Of a DNA stretch of 64,000 bases, positions 58,443 to 64,000 are shown piece by piece. The notes under the pieces are model-generated. The model searched no databases. It was not told where the DNA came from and worked only from the letters and a program-made list of their open reading frames with translations. Source of the stretch: Spirochaetota bacterium (lineage in GTDB: Bacteria; Spirochaetota; UBA4802; UBA5550); NCBI GenBank assembly GCA_050298055.1, contig JBNKTL010000009.1, forward strand, positions 32,001 to 96,000. Direction: 5' to 3'. How positions within the stretch are numbered: the first letter of the stretch is position 1; each line of letters starts with the position of its first letter. The translations under genes and the position numbers were made by a program.

Positions 58443-59653
58443 CTGAACATACCTTTTTCATAGAGGAGCATATTTTTGCCGTTTTTCAGCAGGGCCGTTA
58501 CCACTTTCTCCTCGGTATTTACCAGGTCCCAGTGGAGCGCGGAATCGTTAAAGCCGAGGTCTTTCTTCATCTTTGGAGTAAGTTTTGAAGTATCACCCCT
58601 GTATGTATCGGAGTAGGAGGTCCCGATGGCTATGTGGCTGTTCCCGTTTTTTCCCCCGAAGTTCTCATCGAACAATGTGTCTGCCATAAAACGGTCAATC
58701 TTTGAAAACCGCCTGTCGGTAAGGGAAAACTCACCTATTCTTCCTGAACCGGTGTCCATCTTTACCATCTGGTTGAGAAATTTATCTCCTTTACCCGCAC
58801 GGGCCCTTACCACATTTCCTTTCTCAAACTCAAGCTTAACATCGGTTACATAGTTGCCGCTTCTGAAGGAGGGGAGGTTCGCGTAATAGACCCCTTCGGT
58901 GCCCCTCCAGTCGGGAGATGTGAAGATTTCAAATGACGGTATGTTGTGGCCGGAAACTCCCATGAACCGTCTCTTTTCACCCAGGGTGATGGTGAGGTCG
59001 CAGGAATCGGACTCAAGGTATATCTTTTTTATGGGGAGGCTGTTAAGCCATTTTTTTATCTCGCTGCTGTTTTTATAGATCTCCGTCCATTTGGCCACGG
59101 GGTCCTTCGCGTTCAGGTAACAGGCCTTGATTATCTGCTTTGAGTATTCTTTCAGGGATATCTTTGCCTGGGATGCCAGTTCTTCCGTGGGGTAGGTGCA
59201 GAGGGTCCAGCTGAACTTTCCCGTCTCCTCCCTCTTCTCAAGTATCTTCCTCAGTGTCTTTCGTGTTATTGCCACTTCGTTGATCTTTTTCGGGTCTGTG
59301 TTTTTCAGGTGGGTCAGGGAGGCGGGGGCCGATAAGAAGATGTTCCCGTTGAGGCTCTCCATATAGGTATTTTCCCAGTTGCCGATAAATGTCCGCTGTT
59401 TTTTATCGGAGTATGAAAAAAAGTCCTGCTCCATGACCGGTGTTGAAAGTCCTCTCATAATCGGGATCAATTTTCTTTTGATCAGTTTCCTGTGGAGGGT
59501 CTCCGCAAGGGGAAGGGCGTCAATATCGAACCTCACATTGATAATATCGTAAGGCTTATATTTTTTTGTGCGCCCGGTATCAAGGCCCCAGATGAGGATA
59601 TCGGCGTATTTTTCAAGTTCCGTTTTCGATAGTGGCATCTTATTTTCTCCCAT
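58436..59653 (-). CDS. M29-family aminopeptidase (AmpS/PepS-like)
   Basis: NIPSFEIFTSP, IGEFSL, LFDENFG, HIAIG, NDSALHWD. Confidence 0.92.
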   Translation of the reverse strand: MGENKMPLSKTELEKYADILIWGLDTGRTKKYKPYDIINVRFDIDALPLAETLHRKLIKRKLIPIMRGLSTPVMEQDFFSYSDKKQRTFIGNWENTYMESLNGNIFLSAPASLTHLKNTDPKKINEVAITRKTLRKILEKREETGKFSWTLCTYPTEELASQAKISLKEYSKQIIKACYLNAKDPVAKWTEIYKNSSEIKKWLNSLPIKKIYLESDSCDLTITLGEKRRFMGVSGHNIPSFEIFTSPDWRGTEGVYYANLPSFRSGNYVTDVKLEFEKGNVVRARAGKGDKFLNQMVKMDTGSGRIGEFSLTDRRFSKIDRFMADTLFDENFGGKNGNSHIAIGTSYSDTYRGDTSKLTPKMKKDLGFNDSALHWDLVNTEEKVVTALLKNGKNMLLYEKGMFSY

Positions 59654-59943
59654 TGTTTTTCTTCAGCTGATCCTGTGAGGGTACATTTATTGCAGCAGAT
59701 AAAATTTATTCAATCTTAAAATTTTAAAAATAAGATTTCTCATTCCCTGCAGAAGATCACGGTCTCCAGATTTAATAACAGGGAAGAAGGCGTACTCATG
59801 GAGGACGATTTCTGGAAATCAATGGAACTCTCTGATTATCCGAAAAGAGTAAATAAATTATACTTGAAAACAAATAAATCCGAAAGAGAGTGTACAAGCT
59901 GTTATATCGGAAATAAAATAATTATTCCTTAAAGGAGTTTTTC

Positions 59944-60489
59944 ATGACTGATGATTTAAGAGACCTTTTAATATTTTTTGATGAGTTTGCTGAAACCGAA
60001 TATACGACGACATTGATGCGGTCAGATCTTAATCTTTCTAACAGTGAATATGAACCACAAAGGGAAAAATTCATGAAATATTTTCATTCACAATTAAAAC
60101 GTGGAGCGAATGATATTTCAGGTTTCTGGGAGAGAACTTCAAATTGGTGTGAGTCAGAAGTTATCAGAGACAGTATCAAGGAAGCCGAGGGGAAACATAT
60201 AAAAAGAGAATTGAAACAGGTGGAAAAATACAAAAATCCTCAATGGGGAAAGGTTTACAGGGCTCTCAAGGCCGATGAACTCTATGTCTGTGCCGTAACG
60301 ACTGTTCTCAAACCTGTTCCTGATGATGGTTTTCATCGACTTTTTCTTATCAAAACAAAAAAGGGTGAATTTCAAATAGTCTGCTATGATACCCGTTTAA
60401 GGGAACGTGATGAGACAGATATTGGTTATGATATGGATGATCTCTTTATTTCTCTGGGAGAAAAAATTTTCACTGAAAGAATAGAATGA
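59944..60489 (+). CDS. Hypothetical protein
   Basis: AAGGAG RBS; 181 aa; no motif recognised. Confidence 0.75.
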   Translation: MTDDLRDLLIFFDEFAETEYTTTLMRSDLNLSNSEYEPQREKFMKYFHSQLKRGANDISGFWERTSNWCESEVIRDSIKEAEGKHIKRELKQVEKYKNPQWGKVYRALKADELYVCAVTTVLKPVPDDGFHRLFLIKTKKGEFQIVCYDTRLRERDETDIGYDMDDLFISLGEKIFTERIE

Positions 60490-60539
60490 TTAACCTGAAT
60501 AATTTACATAAAAAAAGGGTCTCTAGTGCAGGGGGCATT

Positions 60540-61469
60540 ATGAAAAAACAAAAAGGCTGGGAATTGGATTATTTACAGGACATTTTTGAGCTACAGGATG
60601 TTCTTGAAAATGAACCCGGAAAATTACTTGAATATTGCAATGAAAACCGGTTGTGCGCTGTACATCCGAATCGAAGAAAACTGGTGATTGTCCGAAGATA
60701 TCATTTTAGTATGGACGGTGATTTGATTGAACTTTATGCAGGTGAACCTTTCGGAGACAAAGGGCATTGGGGCATTCAACTGATTGACCTGGATAGGGAA
60801 GCAGTGCTTTCTTTGAGTGAGCCTCTTCCTGATAACTTAACCTACAGGCATGTTGAATTTCAGGGGGACTCTGTCTTAATTGTTTCGGAAGAAAAACAAT
60901 TTCTTACCAACTGGAATGAGTTAGAACGGAAATTCCCTTTCTTAAGCAGTTTCACGGAAAAAGAGATAGGTGAAATTTATGATTCACTAAAAAATGATTT
61001 CATCATTAAAGAAAAAGTTATCCGTAAGAAACCGAAAAAAGCGAAAGTGGAAACCGATTTTATCGGTACCTTAAAGGTAGACAAATCTAAAACATCTTTT
61101 TTTGGCAGGGGAAAGTGGAGGAATAAAACAGTAAAACTGGATTTTCTGGTTGATAATAACGGCGAAATAGAGCGGGGACTTATAACCGCCAAAGAGTTGT
61201 GGAGCGCTCAAGCTGATTGGGATGCCAGGGTTAAAATGTTTGCAGCCAATGAATTGTTGGAGTTGAAAAATGAAGACTGGTTGGGTAAAGATGAAAAGAA
61301 ACTGAACTTAACACAATTCAAGAGCAGAATGTCACTGGAATCCATTACATTTAATGATGAGGGAAGTTTTGAGTTCTTTTTTGATGACGGAGATCTCTTT
61401 TGGGGGCATCTTATTCAGGTTTCAGGAAATATTGATGATGGATTAACTCAAGCGATGTTTCAGGGTTAG
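60540..61469 (+). CDS. Hypothetical protein with C-terminal DUF2262-like domain
   Basis: C-terminus LELKNEDWL...FKSRMSLESI...FFFDDGDLFWGHLIQV..G; start placed at ATG 60540 (ORF open from 60486). Confidence 0.7.
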   Translation: MKKQKGWELDYLQDIFELQDVLENEPGKLLEYCNENRLCAVHPNRRKLVIVRRYHFSMDGDLIELYAGEPFGDKGHWGIQLIDLDREAVLSLSEPLPDNLTYRHVEFQGDSVLIVSEEKQFLTNWNELERKFPFLSSFTEKEIGEIYDSLKNDFIIKEKVIRKKPKKAKVETDFIGTLKVDKSKTSFFGRGKWRNKTVKLDFLVDNNGEIERGLITAKELWSAQADWDARVKMFAANELLELKNEDWLGKDEKKLNLTQFKSRMSLESITFNDEGSFEFFFDDGDLFWGHLIQVSGNIDDGLTQAMFQG

Positions 61470-61471
61470 GT

Positions 61472-62608
61472 ATGATAGAGATTCTGGACAGACTGGCAAT
61501 CTTCATTACTGTTTTCGGAGCGGCGTTTTGTTTCCTTCTGGCCATTGGACAGCTCCTGATCATTCCCCGAAGGACCAACCAGTTTGTTCTGGCGGCATTC
61601 CTCGTTATGGTGAGTCTTCTTCTTTTAAACCTGGGGTTGACGAGAGATTACATCCTCAGGCATATTCACTGGATTCATGCCCTCCATGTTCCTTTTTATT
61701 ATCTGGCTTTCCCTCTTTTTTCCTCGTATATATCCTCTGTGGTACAGGAGAGGGAATTTGATGAAAAGGAGAGGCTCCTTGTCTCTCCCGGTTATATTAC
61801 CTTTTTACCCTTTACGGTGGCTCTTCTTGTTTATATACCTTACTATGTTCAGTCCGGAAAATGGAAGATCTTTTTTTTCAATCATTATCACGAGTATCCA
61901 TACCTGGAAGTTTACCGGTATGTACAGTTAGCTGTGATTTTCGGGGGGCTTTTGAGCACCCTGTATCATATTCTCAAAGCCCTTGTAAAAATCAATGCCC
62001 TGGCGCTTATAAAGGGAAGTGACCAGAGTGTGGTGTTATGGCACCTTCGAGGGGCCCTTATCTGGTTTTTTCTCCTTATGCCCTATGGTATTCTGATAAC
62101 CTATTTTGACAGCCAGCTTCTGAAGCGTTACGGGTCCGCCACTGTGTCCATGGCTTTTATCTGGCTCTATCTTCTGGATTACCGATATCCCGGGTTTTTT
62201 ATCCGGTTGGATAGGGAGATCCGTTCCTTTCAGAGGTATTGCAAGTACGAGAAGTCAAAAATCCTGGGGATCAATATTCCTAAAACTATTGAGCGGCTGG
62301 AACATATTGTCAAGGAAGAAAGGCTCTTTATCCATGAGGACATCACCCTGGAAAAGATGGCCAGTGTTATGAACCTGACGTCAGCTCAGCTTTCGGAGCT
62401 TCTGAATAACGTAATGGAGATCGATTTTCGCTCCTACATCAACCGTCACCGGATAGCCGAAGCAAAACGAATGCTCCTCGATGAACCGGACCGGACCATT
62501 CTGAGCATTGCCTACGCCGTGGGATTCAATTCCAAAAGCTCTTTTAACAGAAACTTCAGGTCCGTTGCTGGTAAGACACCTGCCGAATTCCGCAGTAAAG
62601 CTGTTTAA
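61472..62608 (+). CDS. Membrane-anchored AraC-family regulator
   Basis: About 7 N-terminal TMs; LSELLN..DFRSYINRHRIAEAK..ILSIAYAVGFNSKSSFNRNF..GKTPAEFR. Confidence 0.92.
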   Translation: MIEILDRLAIFITVFGAAFCFLLAIGQLLIIPRRTNQFVLAAFLVMVSLLLLNLGLTRDYILRHIHWIHALHVPFYYLAFPLFSSYISSVVQEREFDEKERLLVSPGYITFLPFTVALLVYIPYYVQSGKWKIFFFNHYHEYPYLEVYRYVQLAVIFGGLLSTLYHILKALVKINALALIKGSDQSVVLWHLRGALIWFFLLMPYGILITYFDSQLLKRYGSATVSMAFIWLYLLDYRYPGFFIRLDREIRSFQRYCKYEKSKILGINIPKTIERLEHIVKEERLFIHEDITLEKMASVMNLTSAQLSELLNNVMEIDFRSYINRHRIAEAKRMLLDEPDRTILSIAYAVGFNSKSSFNRNFRSVAGKTPAEFRSKAV

Positions 62609-62748
62609 AAAACTTCCTCAAAACAAGAAATCGTGGTGGCAATATATATATTGCGACGACCGGACCATTGATGTTGTGTAAATTAAATGGTGAATAAGCC
62701 GTGAGATATTGAAAATATATCGATAGATTCAGAAACCGGAGAAAATGG

Positions 62749-64000
62749 ATGAGAAAAATTTTGTTATTATTGCTGCTCCCCGGGTTTTTCATTTCTTCTG
62801 CCTTCTGTAACAGAGAACCCATATTATTGTACCAGGAGACACTGGACTCGGATATTGCGCAAATAGATGTATCATATATAATCTTTGCCGGAACCGATAC
62901 CCGGAACAGCGTCACCAGGGACTTTACTCTCCTTACAACCAGTGCCAGTAGTAATCCCATAACATGGACAAGCAGTGATGACAGCAGGGTGATGATTTCA
63001 GGTGACACAGCCACAGTCACACGGCCCCCATACGGCAGTGGAGACACTACCGTAATCCTGACAGCAACTGTCACCAGGGGAGGGGAGAGCGGAACCAAGA
63101 CCTTTATTCTAACCGTTCTGGAGAAAGATCCCAAGGCGGGGGACAAGGTCACCTATACGGACGGCACTGTGAGCTTCAGGATGGCCTATGTTCCCGGAGG
63201 GATAACCTTCCCCTCCGGAAAACTGGCTACAGGTTGGACCATGGATGATGCGCATGCAACCGTTGATGATCCTTACCTGATCGCTGAGACAGAGGTGACT
63301 TATGAGCTCTGGTCTAAGGTTTACAACTGGGCAACCTCCAATGGCTATACCTTTGCTAATGCAGGCCGTCAGGGCGGAGATGCAGATAATTGCGCAGGCG
63401 CCGCGGTGGGAACCGACCAGCATCCCGTGACTTGCATCAACTGGCGGGACGCCATGGTATGGGCCAATGCGCTTACAGAGTACTACAACTACATGAATAA
63501 CACCTCACTGGAGCCAGTCTACTATTTTGATGCGGGGTATACTTCTCCTGTTCGGGACGTCGTGGATGATGATAGTCATACAACTGAGCTTGGGGGAGAT
63601 TATACCTCTGCTGTTAATCCCAATCCCGGAGGCTTTGATGATCCCTATGTCAAGGCCACGGCCACCGGTTTTCGCCTGCCCACGGCAGTGGAGTGGGAGA
63701 TGGCTGCCCGCTGGTTTGGTACCACTGCACCCGGCACGGGAGGTGCCCTGGATAGCGAGTATGTGACCCTGGATCTTCGCGATGACGGGACCTCATCTCT
63801 TACCCCTAACTACTACTGGACACCGGGGGACTACGCAAGCGGCGCAACAGCCTATTATTACGATGATCCGGCTACCAGCAATGTGGCGGTCTGGTACTCA
63901 AGTCTTACCACTGCTCCCGTGAAAAGCAAGGCAGACAATGCCCTGGGCATCTATGATATGAGCGGTAATGTGTGGGAGTGGAATTATAGCTGGTACTCAG
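62749..64000 (+). CDS. Lipoprotein with Ig-like (atrophied Big-type) domain and FGE-sulfatase/CLec domain (3' end runs off the window)
   Basis: Not in the ORF track; hand translation MRKILLLLLLPGFFISSAFC...ITWTSSDD..VTRP..TVILTATVT...ETEVTYELW...HPVTCINW...GFRLPTAVEWEMAAR...NALGIYDMSGNVWEW. Confidence 0.88.
   Translation, partial: MRKILLLLLLPGFFISSAFCNREPILLYQETLDSDIAQIDVSYIIFAGTDTRNSVTRDFTLLTTSASSNPITWTSSDDSRVMISGDTATVTRPPYGSGDTTVILTATVTRGGESGTKTFILTVLEKDPKAGDKVTYTDGTVSFRMAYVPGGITFPSGKLATGWTMDDAHATVDDPYLIAETEVTYELWSKVYNWATSNGYTFANAGRQGGDADNCAGAAVGTDQHPVTCINWRDAMVWANALTEYYNYMNNTSLEPVYYFDAGYTSPVRDVVDDDSHTTELGGDYTSAVNPNPGGFDDPYVKATATGFRLPTAVEWEMAARWFGTTAPGTGGALDSEYVTLDLRDDGTSSLTPNYYWTPGDYASGATAYYYDDPATSNVAVWYSSLTTAPVKSKADNALGIYDMSGNVWEWNYSWYS

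Noticed and set aside
59568..59580. Second GTGCGCCCGGTAT after a T-run (intron-stub-like)
   Set aside because: It lies inside the intact aminopeptidase ORF (antisense of DTGRTKK) with no preceding terminator stem; coincidence is most likely.
59798..59932. 44 aa ORF MEDDFWKS...CTSCYIGNKIIIP
   Set aside because: No recognisable family; could be a gene remnant or chance ORF, so unsupported.
62556..63766. Track ORFs 62556-63152 (-), 63109-63423 (-) and 63527-63766 (+)
   Set aside because: Antisense or off-frame shadows of the long + strand lipoprotein gene starting at 62749.

Overview
This is a 64 kb piece of a bacterial chromosome. Gene content suggests an anaerobic Spirochaetota-like organism (7TM-DISM kinases, FGE-sulfatase lipoproteins, TM-AraC, bactofilin, rubredoxin, CCG Fe-S oxidoreductase); the taxonomy is inference only. 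In order, the window holds: a partial SEC-C-type map gene and a PilZ protein; a 12.5 kb signalling cluster (substrate-binding protein, four kinases, HD-GYP, receivers); tRNA-Glu and tRNA-Lys; purA; a LysM/M23 protein; dsbD; rubredoxin (absent from the ORF track); an OMP; a DinG helicase; an HdrF/FadF-like oxidoreductase; a membrane pyrophosphatase; an accessory block (Cys-rich secreted proteins, FGE/CLec lipoprotein, LytTR regulator, two 7TM-DISM kinases); rimP-nusA-infB-rbfA-truB-rpsO-pnp-M16; bactofilin, M23 and glyS; an ABC exporter; an aminopeptidase; and AraC with a second, partial FGE lipoprotein. The most notable non-coding signal is a dispersed ~135 bp MITE-like family (at least 5 copies, both orientations) with GTWAC..TCAG termini and a central GC palindrome showing compensatory changes. 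Other highlights are a group IIC intron 5' stub directly behind a terminator, a +17-charged 6-Cys secreted peptide, two lipoproteins sharing an unrecognised 4-Cys module, a DGR-target-like gene end, and the Na+,H+-PPase signature. No transposase, integrase, reverse transcriptase or CRISPR array was seen.
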